Positions 52,491-64,000 of a DNA stretch of 64,000 nucleotides are shown here, piece after piece (position 1 is the first letter of the stretch; each line of letters begins with the position of its first letter). The stretch is from Octopus sinensis (Eukaryota): the NCBI RefSeq assembly GCF_006345805.1, contig NC_043009.1, positions 3,658,001 through 3,722,000 on the forward strand, in the 5' to 3' direction. Made by a program: the position numbers and the translations under genes. The notes beneath the pieces were generated by a model that saw only the letters and a list, made by a program, of their open reading frames with translations, ran no database searches and was not told where the DNA came from.

Positions 52491-54394
52491 TGTCTGTTTT
52501 TCTGTCCGTCTGTCCGTCTGTCTATTTGTCTGTCTATATGTTAGTCTTGCTGTCCCATCGGCCCTATGGATTGCAGTGACGTGAAATTCTTGTCACGAAG
52601 CAGGAAAATTAACTTAAACGACACTCGGTACAAAATATAATCTTTTCTACTCTAGGCACAAGGCCCGAAATTTGATTGTAATATTAGCGCTACGAGAAAG
52701 GCTGCGATCAAACAAAATCTTAAGTGCGTCGAGCAAAATGCTTATCGGAATTACGCCCTTCTTCAAATCCCGCCAGGGTCGACATTGCCTTTTATCTTTT
52801 CGGAGTCGATAAAATAAATACGAGTCGAATACTGTCCTTCTGCCAAAATTTGAAACCTAATTGAGTGCTGCGAGTGAATCGTCCGTTTCAATTTTGCCTT
52901 ACAACTTTTATACGGATCACAAGATCAGAACTGTTTTTTTATAATGTTACTTTCGAAATATTCAAATATTCAAACAGCAACAGATACACAACAAAACAAA
53001 CATCTTGTAAACCCAATCCTAATGGTTGGAATCCGCAACACACTGAATATTGAGATGATCAAACAAAATATAACAGTATACAATTACATTCGGTTATGAA
53101 TCATATACATTATTAATGATTTACGTTTATTATATTCGGTTAAGAATTATATTTATATTATTAATCATTTACATTTATTATATTATATTTATTATATATA
53201 ACTAATTTCATTTTTGCATTACACGTGTAGATCAGTATAAATTTTAATCCAAGTTATGTCATCATCTCAGTGATAAAATTCACTTAATCAATTTACAGAA
53301 TTTTCAAAATTATTTGTCAGTAAAGATCTACTTCTGATATAAGTTCTTAATTAGTTTGATTCCATTTAAATGTAATCTAAAATTTTAACAGGAATTCAGA
53401 TCACGATATTATTTGCTTTAAAATCCCAATTCCATTAATCAACAAGTAATAAATTCCATTAGTTAAAAAGCAAAAAGGAAAAGTGTTTCTATATTCTGTA
53501 TGTCTTTGATTTTCTTTTTTATAATTCTGAACAGAATACTTTTTTATATAACTACATTTGTGCGCACACTCAAACAAACACACATTCACTAATTCACACA
53601 CACACACACATATATATATATGTAATACTTTTATTCGAGTCGACTAATGTTTCAGTTGATTCAATCTCTACCTACTGAGAGTTTCACCTGCACGTAAAGA
53701 GGTTCTTCGGGCAACTCAAGGTATTATTGTAACGATGTTCAAACTCTGAGTAACAGGAGACAGGCTCGACAACTAAGAAGATTTTTTAAAACACTACTAT
53801 TGTATCCTGTACACTACCTTACGATAGTCATCACTAAAGATGTAAGTATGTGTATCATATGTCTGTGTGCATGAGCATAAATTTTGTGTGCATTTTTTTT
53901 TTTTTTGTGTGTGTATGCGTGAATGTGTAATGTACTGAAATCTATTTCGTGATCGTTGAATGTAAAAGATATAAACCAATGCCGATATCAGAGTCCGAAT
54001 AGTTTCAGATTATAAACGATGTACACATGTTTTGCGAAACCTTAGTATGTTAGACTACAGAAGACAGAAGTTACACTGCATTCATTCAACACTGTAAAAA
54101 AATCAACACAAACTATACTTTCGGGACCGAAGCATAGAGGACATTTGTAGTTATTGACTTGTGAGTTATGTAAAGAATTACATTTCTACGAATATATGTT
54201 AGCAGCAAACAGATTTCTAATGGTGTAGAACATTCTAAATGAGCGAGTTATATTTCAGTCGACCATACGGAAGAAATATCTGCTCTCCATAACTAACCAC
54301 TTTAATAAATCACATTGAAGAGAAGTCATGCTCAGTTTTAGATATACGATCAGTCAACCTTGTTATGTCCCCACCATCTCTATCTATCTCTCTC

Positions 54395-54481
<87 letters not shown>

Positions 54482-54545
54482 GTCTGTCTGTCCCCTATCT
54501 GTCTATCTGTCTATTATCTATTACATACATATATATATATATTAG

Positions 54546-54584
<39 letters not shown>

Positions 54585-54588
54585 ATAT

Positions 54589-54635
<47 letters not shown>

Positions 54636-54759
54636 ATACAGATATAGATATACAGATAATGTGTTTATATGTGCGTGTATATGAAATGTACATATATGTA
54701 TATATATGCATGTATAAGCATGCATAGTATGTCTATTCTATGTATACAAGCATATATAT

Positions 54760-54791
<32 letters not shown>

Positions 54792-54826
54792 TATATATAT
54801 ATAGATATATCTATATATATATATAC

Positions 54827-54862
<36 letters not shown>

Positions 54863-55508
54863 ATATGTATGGATGTATGTATAATATACAATACACACAT
54901 ATATAACTCTATCACTCTACTTTTCTCCACTCTCTGTCTTTGTCTTTATCTCACTACTACTCACTCCGACTCTTTATTCCAATGACTTCAAGATCTGCTT
55001 CTAGTCTTATCCATCATGATGTATTAAGCGTAAGCATTTCCCAAAGCTATATATTAAAGTCATCATGTGAAACTTAAATCACTTAAGTAGACGTTGCCGC
55101 AAAAATATAAGTTAAATGCCACTCTAATTACAACTATAAAATCAGATGAAAATACATAACTTTAAACAAAATGAAGGAAAGAGAAGAACCATTATTGAAT
55201 ATAGAAAGCTATAATTCATTGCAAGCTGAAATTTCACAAATCGTTATACAGAGTATGTGTGAAAATATCTATATATATGTAGAAAATTACGCTTTGTCAA
55301 AATCATACTAATAAACGGTTGTTAAAATTCAATATACACATGTCCTAGTGTAAAATATCAGGTGTGTACATTGCACAATATCAATTAAATGATGACAAAA
55401 GAACAGGAATTATTGGAACGCTTTCATTAGCTCTAGGCATGTTTGCGCACTGAGAAAAGTAGCATCTGTATACTAGTGATTGTGTAACTCCTCTTTGTTT
55501 TATATTAG

Positions 55509-55542
<34 letters not shown>

Positions 55543-55561
55543 CGTGTGTGTGTGTGGGGGG

Positions 55562-55734
55562 TAGAATTGACGAAAAAGACAAAACACGAAGACAGGTGGA
55601 GTAGAAAACATATAAATGTATTAGTATAACGCTTGGGATTGAAAAGGTCTTTAACGTTTCAAGCCTACGCTCTTCCACAGAAAGGAACACAGAAAGAAAC
55701 AAGGAGAGAAAAAAATGTGTGTAGTGGCAAAGCG
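55562..55734 (-). mobile_element. Penelope-like pLTR remnant with hammerhead-shaped motif, cut by the gap
   Basis: Aligns with 46160-46330; motif at 55649-55684. Confidence 0.55.
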
Positions 55735-55834
55735 NNNNNNNNNNNNNNNNNNNNNNNNNNNNNNNNNNNNNNNNNNNNNNNNNNNNNNNNNNNNNNNNNN
55801 NNNNNNNNNNNNNNNNNNNNNNNNNNNNNNNNNN
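55735..55834. other. Assembly gap (100 N)
   Basis: Run of exactly 100 N; true size unknown. Confidence 1.
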
Positions 55835-56786
55835 GCAAACTGAGCATCGAAGCCATTCTTACCAACACCATAACCGCCCAGCCACACATATCAACCATCC
55901 ATCCATGCCACCACCCTCTAAGACTAACCAATCAACGTACGAGATATGTCTTTCAAAAAAAAATATTAATAAATAAATAAATAAAACCTACATGCCATCG
56001 TATAACTAAAAGCTGTCTAAATAAATAGATGAGGAAAGAATAACAGACACATCTTAAGCGAAGTTGGACGATGTAAAAGACATCAACTTAATGTAAGGAA
56101 AGAAAAGGGTCTCCTTTAAAATGAGAATCTGGAACAATCGGAATTTCTCTGCCAGTTGTTTATAATGTAACTTACTATCTGGCAATGTTGAATTGTAATT
56201 CCTATGTAGCAGGGCGTGGGGGGGGAGGCACTATAGATGTTACTTGAAGACATGCCAGTTTGGCTGACATTTGGCCAGCGTTTATTTTCATACACATTTA
56301 TATATGTACATTGATATTTACGTATACGTACAAAGGGTACAAACACATAAAATTGTAAAGGAGGGTGCGTGTGTATTTGTATCTGTTTGTGTTTATATGT
56401 GTCTACTACGCTTCTGTGTGCGTCTGTGTGAGTATGTGAGTATGTGTGTGTGTGTGTGTGCCTGTCGCTATGAGTACGCGTGTAAGTGATCACGTGTATG
56501 TTCGTCTACTCGAAGCTAAAGCATTACACTGTCGCTAATAGCGACGCAGTGTAAAGGTTTAACTAAGGACATATGAATAAATAAACTCTACTTAATGTTT
56601 TGAGTACTCTGTTGTTCACTTTTATAAACCCAAATGTGTGTATGTGAGAATGTATAAATATGGATATCTTTATACGTGCACGCACAAATATTCATGCAAA
56701 CATACACATGCACATATACATATATATACATATATATATATATATATGTATATTTATATATACATATATATATATATATGTATATT

Positions 56787-56818
<32 letters not shown>

Positions 56819-58668
56819 ATGTACATGTAGAGGTAGGTACGTACATATATGTTTATATATATGCATATATTCTATTTTTATTAACATATATATATATATA
56901 ATATATATATATATAATAATAATACAGTACACAGATATATACATATATACATACAATATATATATATATATATATTATAATATATGGTGTGTTTGTGTGT
57001 ATATATATATCAGATAATGACCGACTTTTTAGATAACATTTTTAGATAGTATTTTTTAAAATTGTATCTCTTGTCAGTATATATACATATGTGTACACAC
57101 ACACACATATATACATATATATATATACACACATACATACATGTATACATATACATATATGTGATTGCATACTTACTTACATATGTGTGTATGTGTATTT
57201 ATATATATATATATTTGTATATATATATGTGAGCGTGAGTGTGTATGTATGTATGTTTGTACGTATAAAAAGATCCCGAGCAATTATTCCGTGTTCAGCC
57301 CAGTTTGGACTATTCATAACTAATCGTAAACATAAGTGAGAAAACTCAGCCTGGGCGAAACTCGTAGAACGTGCAAATTCAATATAACTAGCATGTTATA
57401 CCACTTCCTCTCACAACAAATTGAGCTCTACATTGCATAATTGTTTTCCCCTATAAAATAGAACTTTTGATGGACATTGTAAATCAGACAATGCGCTGTA
57501 CATATACAAACGTTTGAACATAAGCGTATTTGTATATATCCATGTATATATGTGTGTATGTGTATGTGCATATTTATATACATGTGTACACGCATTATAT
57601 TAATCGTTTATACGTTTCGGCCTGAAGACTATGGACATGCTGGTGCACAGCTAGTAAGCGCAAGTTGCGTCCGCTGAGCCTTGAACTGGACCTACTCGCA
57701 TAGGAGGTGAGCTTACTACTACTCTGCGCGCGCGCGTGTGTGTGTTTATGTATATGTGTGTGTGTGTGTACGCATGCGCGCGAATATAACTGGTTGCACA
57801 CATACTTACATACATATACATGAACACATATGCACGGAGAAGACACCTACTTTTTGATATGGATGATGTCTCTACAACACTCGTTCTTTAAACAATTCTA
57901 AGTTGTCTACGACCAGAATTTTGCCTAATTCACGTTTCTTCCATCAATACTTCAACATATGCGGCGCAGACTACGCTCCGCTGACGCCGCACAACACTGT
58001 CAAAGCATCTCCTGAGATTAAAGTATTAGTAAGAATAATTAAAATTTCAATGGTTATCTATTATTGCTGTTTATGTTACTTAACGGAAAGTTATTTCTTC
58101 GTAGCTTTTTAATGTATTTGGCTTTAAATATGTTAACACTAATTCAACAAATAAATAGTTCAGCAACATTGTGTCTTTATTGCCCAAGTTTTCAATACAT
58201 TTTAGTGAAGTTTCACCCTCTTACAGCTAACATTTGTGTATCTTTGCTCTTGGGTCTCAGCTGAGGAGAACGAAAGTACTAAGTGACATGGCATATGTTC
58301 GGATACATAAAACTTGTTTTCACTTACGTAGAACACATTCCAAACGATTCTGTCAGTGGTACAATTGGAAGAAAAATGGTTGTTGAGTTCATTCTGATAA
58401 TGATTACATTAATACTATTTGTGGTATGTAACAGAATATATTGAAGATGATAATGATGATGATGATGATAAAGAGGAGGAGAATGATACTGGAGACGGTG
58501 AAAATAAACGACATTAATAGAAATGCTACTATGATGTAAATAGTATTCCGGCTGTTTGGCTTAATGATCGGACTAATGATCAAAGATATACCTCCCTGGA
58601 CCACATTTCTTGAGCTGTATAAACACATACACATACATTTATAAAAATGATATCTATCTATCTATCTA

Positions 58669-58699
<31 letters not shown>

Positions 58700-58702
58700 G
58701 TG

Positions 58703-58734
<32 letters not shown>

Positions 58735-58746
58735 ATATATATATAA

Positions 58747-58777
<31 letters not shown>

Positions 58778-58802
58778 GTATATATAATTATATATGTACA
58801 TG

Positions 58803-58833
<31 letters not shown>

Positions 58834-58835
58834 TT

Positions 58836-58907
<72 letters not shown>

Positions 58908-59182
58908 AATATATATATAGCGTGTGCAGTAAGTTTCCCCGCAGTAAGTATTTTTCATCTGAATCTCCAACATGTACTCAAAACATATAAAGAGCAGTCA
59001 ACTTTTTTGAAAATGAAGGACGACACTGTCGGCAATTCTTATAATTTTTTTGTTTTGTTTTTAGAGTCTTCTAAAGTCTAATATATTCTTTTGCAGTCTT
59101 ATACCATCTTATAAATATTTATTCTGCAAGAAAATACTGCGGAGAGACTTTTTGAATACTCTGTATACATACATATACATAC

Positions 59183-59227
<45 letters not shown>

Positions 59228-59776
59228 TATTAGTATGTATGTGTGTGTGTATATATATAATATATATATACATATATATATATGCATACGTACAATATAT
59301 AAAACAAGATAGTATTATATGGGTGTGTGTTTTTGTGTGTCTGCATAGAAGGGTTGTCCGATATTTCCTTGTATTAACACTACTGAGACCAATGGGGAAT
59401 TTTATTGGTGATAATGGAATTACTGGAAACAATTTTGATGCGGTTCTAATAGTGGTACTGCGCTAATCTTAGATTAGTATTGGAAGGAATATGTTGATAT
59501 TAATATGGGGGGGGGGGTCGGGCGGTATGTCTAATGGTGCAAATGCTAGTGTTGTAGTAGTAACGGTATGGTAGTTTGAGCAGTATACTGTTCGTCTTAA
59601 AAGCATAATAATGGTATAAAAGTTGTTCTAGTATTGTAATATTGACAGTAATTTGCTGGTGAAAACTATGCTTTGTATATTAGTTTATTATATTTCGTCA
59701 TGACTTTGAAAAGATACCATTGGCGGCAGAGGAAGTATATTCCGATTTCGTATGAGTAATAATAATAATAATAATG

Positions 59777-59810
<34 letters not shown>

Positions 59811-60152
59811 TAATAGTAATAATAATATATGTTCTTGTTATTGTAGGTGCCTTAACTATGATAAAAAGGGGATGAGGAACATCTAGATAACATCCCAGGA
59901 GAACCATATGTCAGAGAAGTCCAAAAGATTGTACTTACAAGTACTGTACTACCAACGTCCTTCGAAAAATGCTATCCATTTAAATATCTATGTTGTATTA
60001 CCTGAAGATATTTCGCTACTGCACTGCCTCTTCCTCTCTCCAAATTTTCAGTTATATTCTAACATTTCATATCGTTCAATCACCCTACAACGCTGACTGT
60101 CTCTCAGCAAATGATTGTAACAAATATACTGTTCCATAGCTCGCCGCCATAC

Positions 60153-60189
<37 letters not shown>

Positions 60190-60773
60190 CAAACAGTGGC
60201 TCTCATGGCTTCTGATCTTAACTGATTGGAAGTGTCATCATGTACATTGTTTTGTCTTGGTATAAAAGATGGGCTACAGCAAATATTCTGCTCAAAACCA
60301 CAGATTTGCTTGTCAGTTGTTTAACCGTAACCAGTTGACCATGTCCCTTAGTGGCTGAAGATATGTGCATCTCTGATCACAAGCAGAAGTAGTGGGGGAC
60401 TATCATAGCCATGTATTGAAAGGAATTCTTGCAGGTTTGGATAATTCACATTTGGAAACATGGGTGGTTCATTTAACATCCTTATTCAGGGACCTTTTGA
60501 GCGTGATGGGCTACTCGACAAGAAGAAAATTCTAACTGGGCCCCACCTGCAAGGTGATGCGGCATATTATTCTCTCAGTTTGAAGCATTTATTGCAGAAG
60601 CCCTTTAAAAGAATTCGAAAGGTTGGATCCCCAACCGAGCCTTTCGGATACCTTTAAACCGAAGAACTTTCCAACACCCCGTCATAAGTAACACCTGCAG
60701 TAATATTTCTAGTAGTGTTAATACTACCACGAATATTAGCAGTAACGGTAGTAGTGGTGGTGTTAGTGTTAGA

Positions 60774-60813
<40 letters not shown>

Positions 60814-61508
60814 CAACCATCATCATCAAAACCACCACCACCACCAGAATCACCAGCAGTAGTTGTAGTAATAGTAGTATTCGTAGTTGCCTGGCAGTAG
60901 TAGTAGTAATGGCGATGACGTCGACGTAATGAGGGGCAGAATATTTAATGCAAGATGGCGATATGAATGGAGTGTTATCATTGATAGAAGTTGCGTTTGC
61001 AGTGGTGGTGGTGACGGTGCTGGTAGTGTTGGTTGTTGTTGCTGTTGTGGTGGTGATTGTGGCGGTGGTCGTTCGTAGTTGTTATTGTAGTGGTGGTGGT
61101 GGTGGTGGTGGTGGTGGTGGCGTTAGTTTGATAGAAGAGCTAATAGTGATGATGGTCACGAAGACGATGGTTGTACGCAGTGGTGGATGGTGGTGATGAT
61201 GGTCTCTGCAAAAAACGGTGATAGTCACGCTGATAGTAGCAGCGGGTAGCGGTGACCGTGGCGGTGGAGACGATGATGGGGGGGAGGTGTAGGCGGAGGT
61301 GGATGGCGGTGATCAGTTTAAGCAGTGGTGCAAGAGCGGTACTGGTAGTGAGGGTGGAAGTAGCAGTGTTGGCGGTGGTTCATGAAAAGCGGACGGATGA
61401 AAAGAGCCTACTTAAAATACGCAGACTGTATTTATTATGTCGGAATAGATTGACAATCTCTAAAAGGTTACAACAACAACTACAAAAGCAACAACAACAA
61501 CAACAACA

Positions 61509-61551
<43 letters not shown>

Positions 61552-61799
61552 TTGCTGCTCCTGCTGCCGCCGCTGCTGCTATTCCTATTACTATTACTAC
61601 GTGAACAACAAAACCAACAATAGCTGGCCGTAACAACAGAAACAAGAGAAAAACAAAGAACATAGTAAAATAAACAAAAATTTCGGTACAAGTTTCAAGC
61701 GTAGTCTCGACGTCCTAGCAATAGCAGTGAACTCTCCCTGCGTACTCATTCTTTCTACAAGGTCATCCCAAGTAGACTTGACCGAGCGGTAAAATAGAA

Positions 61800-62480
61800 G
61801 GCACAAATTTTAACCAACAGGGACAAGGGACAGCTCCTGGATGTTTCGATCGATAGGCACATAGTGAAAGTAGGTCCAGCCATTTTTAACAACTAAGGAC
61901 AAGTGACAGCTTCTGGATGTTTTCAGCTGATTTCCAGCACCTGGTTGTTTTCACTGATAGGCCCCAATTTAAGCGTAGGTCCATCCACTTTAGCCACCAT
62001 GTGCAAATGACAGCTCTTGGATGTTTTTAATTGATTTCATGCTACTAGAGCGTGGTCTGCGGGGTCACTCCGAAAAGCTCTATCTACGACGATTTGATCT
62101 CAATCGAAGGAGAGGGGCTTTCTCCGTCCGGGTTGCGGATCCATGGAATAAGCTGCCGGACGAGATAGTGAAGATGCCGACGACCGCTCGGTTCAAAGTT
62201 TCTCTTGACTAGAAATGGCCTGAACTCTTTGTATGACCACCCTCCCTGTACATAACTCCCTGTCCCCCTACATGGCCTTGATTTTGCTTTTTGAGCCAAT
62301 AAAATTGAATTGAATTGAATTGAAAAATTGATCAATAGACACATACTGAGCGTAAGTCCATCCATGGGCCAGTGACATCTCCTGAATTTTTTTTCTATTG
62401 ATTTCCAGCTCCTGGATGTTTTGATCAATAGGCACATATTGAGAGCAGTTCCATTCATTTTGACCATCGGGGAATTCACT
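61800..62480. repeat. Degenerate minisatellite (about 75-100 bp unit) interrupted by a CR1 insertion
   Basis: Recurring GACAGCT(C/T)CTGGATGTTTT..GATCAATAGGCACATA..GTAGGTCCA blocks on both sides of 62036-62325. Confidence 0.75.
62036..62325 (+). mobile_element. 5'-truncated CR1-type LINE with (TTGAA)n tail and 7-bp TSD
   Basis: FMLLERGLRGHSEKLYLRRFDLNRRRGAFSVRVADPWNKLPDEIVKMPTTARFKVSLD*, then AATAAA(ATTGA)n. AATTGAT at 62029-62035 and 62326-62332. Confidence 0.88.
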
Positions 62481-64000
62481 TCTAAGTACAACTTGAAAGT
62501 GCTGATGAAGGCATGAACGAAGTAGAAACTATCTGTCAACAAACCTTTTTAAGCTTCGCCATCCATAGCCTCCAGATAAAACAGGCTGTTCTACGTAGGT
62601 GTACAGTTCAGTTTGTTGAGAAACCATATAGAACACATGTAATTACTACTACTACTAATACTACTACTACTACTACTGCAACTAGTACAGCTACTTATGT
62701 TGCTGCTGCTGCTGATACTGCCACTACTACCATTAATGATAACGGTGATGATGACGGTGGTGGTGGCTGGATGTAAACGACTTACTCCTTCCTCTTAATT
62801 GCTGGCCTTGTACCAAAATTTGTAACCAATTATAATAACAACAACAACAACCAGAATACCAACAAAAACACAACAAAAATACTGACAATAATAACTTTCT
62901 CATTGTCAGACACAATACACGTTAATAGATAGAATAACGAAGTGTGGGAGATACACTATATAAAGTTGTAGAACACGAGGGAATGGGCTATGTCCTTAAA
63001 CGATGAACGGTTAAAACTTGTGAATGAAGAGTAGATATAAAATGATCTAATTTTGTTAAAATATAATTTCAAAAAGTAACATGAAAAAACGTTTAGGATA
63101 ACCACTCTTTCACGTTTCAGAGCCACCCTTTAACTAAGCCCAGAACTCTCCATGACACTGAATTCCTACCAGTCTTAGAAACTGCTATACACAAAAGCAA
63201 CCTTCTCCGCTCACTAAAAATAATTATAAAAATTTAGAGATGTTGCATTTCCTTACAATATCGGAACCATCTCCTTCTTGTTCAACTCTACCACGCCCTC
63301 TCTCTTATTTCAGCTTGTTTATTTCTTTTATGAAGACGACATTTGTTTTGAGAAACATTGAGAAATTCTATTCTATGCGTGAGAAAATTCACTTTTACTC
63401 ATACATTTTGTTTGCCTCATATTGGGTATGTATTATTTCATTCGGGTTTCCTTGACTTTTCTTTCTTATTGCTACAATAATGTTCACACCCTACTCTTAA
63501 TATATACGCGTTAATCAAAAATGACAGAATGGTGCTACAGTTTATGGCTGCAAAACAAGGATGATTCCTGGATATGTCGACGCGGTGATTACTTTCGACT
63601 TTCGGAACCTCATATATTTCTCTTCCCTTATCAGCTGATTTTGCAAAATGCTTAAGCTGGTTGTTTTTTCTGATCCTATTTATCTTACATGTACAAAAAT
63701 GTTTTGTATGATCTTTCGTGGCTCATGAAAGGGTGGTTTTTCAGTCCTGAAAGATGAGATATAATGCCTTTTCCTCAGCACCCGAAAATGCCTCACATCC
63801 AGAATTTTTACGTGGTTTTGTGCGGTCATAACATATTTATGTATGAAGTACTAACTGATACAGACTATTTGTTCCGTTCTTAATGTTAAAATGAACATGT
63901 ACAATACGATTAGTTCTGCTCCAATCAAAGACATCTCACCCCACGTGTCCACGGTGCATTTAAGTTTTCCTATAGCGCAAGTTAGTTTCAATGGCTGTGG

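Noticed and set aside
58255-58290. CTGAGGA-GAAC-GAAA-GTAC-TA hammerhead-like string
   Set aside because: Helix II is only 1 bp and no helix I forms; likely chance.
58420-58510. Acidic terminal exon (YIEDDNDDDDDKEEE...)
   Set aside because: Largely derived from (GAT)n, weak acceptor, no supporting upstream exons.
60188-60580. Probable interspersed repeat starting right after (AAT)n
   Set aside because: It looks repeat-like but there is no second copy or coding motif in this window, so it cannot be classified from the sequence.
62500-62535. CTGATGAAGGC...GAAAC motif
   Set aside because: No helix II complement.

Overview
Eukaryotic, AT-rich, microsatellite- and transposon-dense DNA. I recognise no host protein-coding gene, so the window is probably intronic or intergenic. 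The SINE families and repeat make-up look like an octopod (cephalopod) genome, but that is inference. Most short ORFs in the track are microsatellite read-through. The real coding remnants all come from mobile elements: three R4/Dong-type (RLE) LINE pieces, three Tx1-clade LINE copies that all sit in (TATC)n arrays, two RTE pieces (one with a twin-priming inversion and 12-bp TSD), two CR1-type 3' ends and two mariner remnants. Non-coding elements include two non-autonomous Helitrons, many tRNA-derived SINEs and a 259-bp palindrome; there is one 100-N assembly gap. The top finding is an exact 3 x 140-bp tandem array at 37314-37733. Each monomer carries a minimal type I hammerhead-ribozyme motif, the layout of a Penelope pLTR or retrozyme. 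Further hammerhead-shaped motifs from several unrelated repeat families are scattered across the window, one with a fully canonical core.
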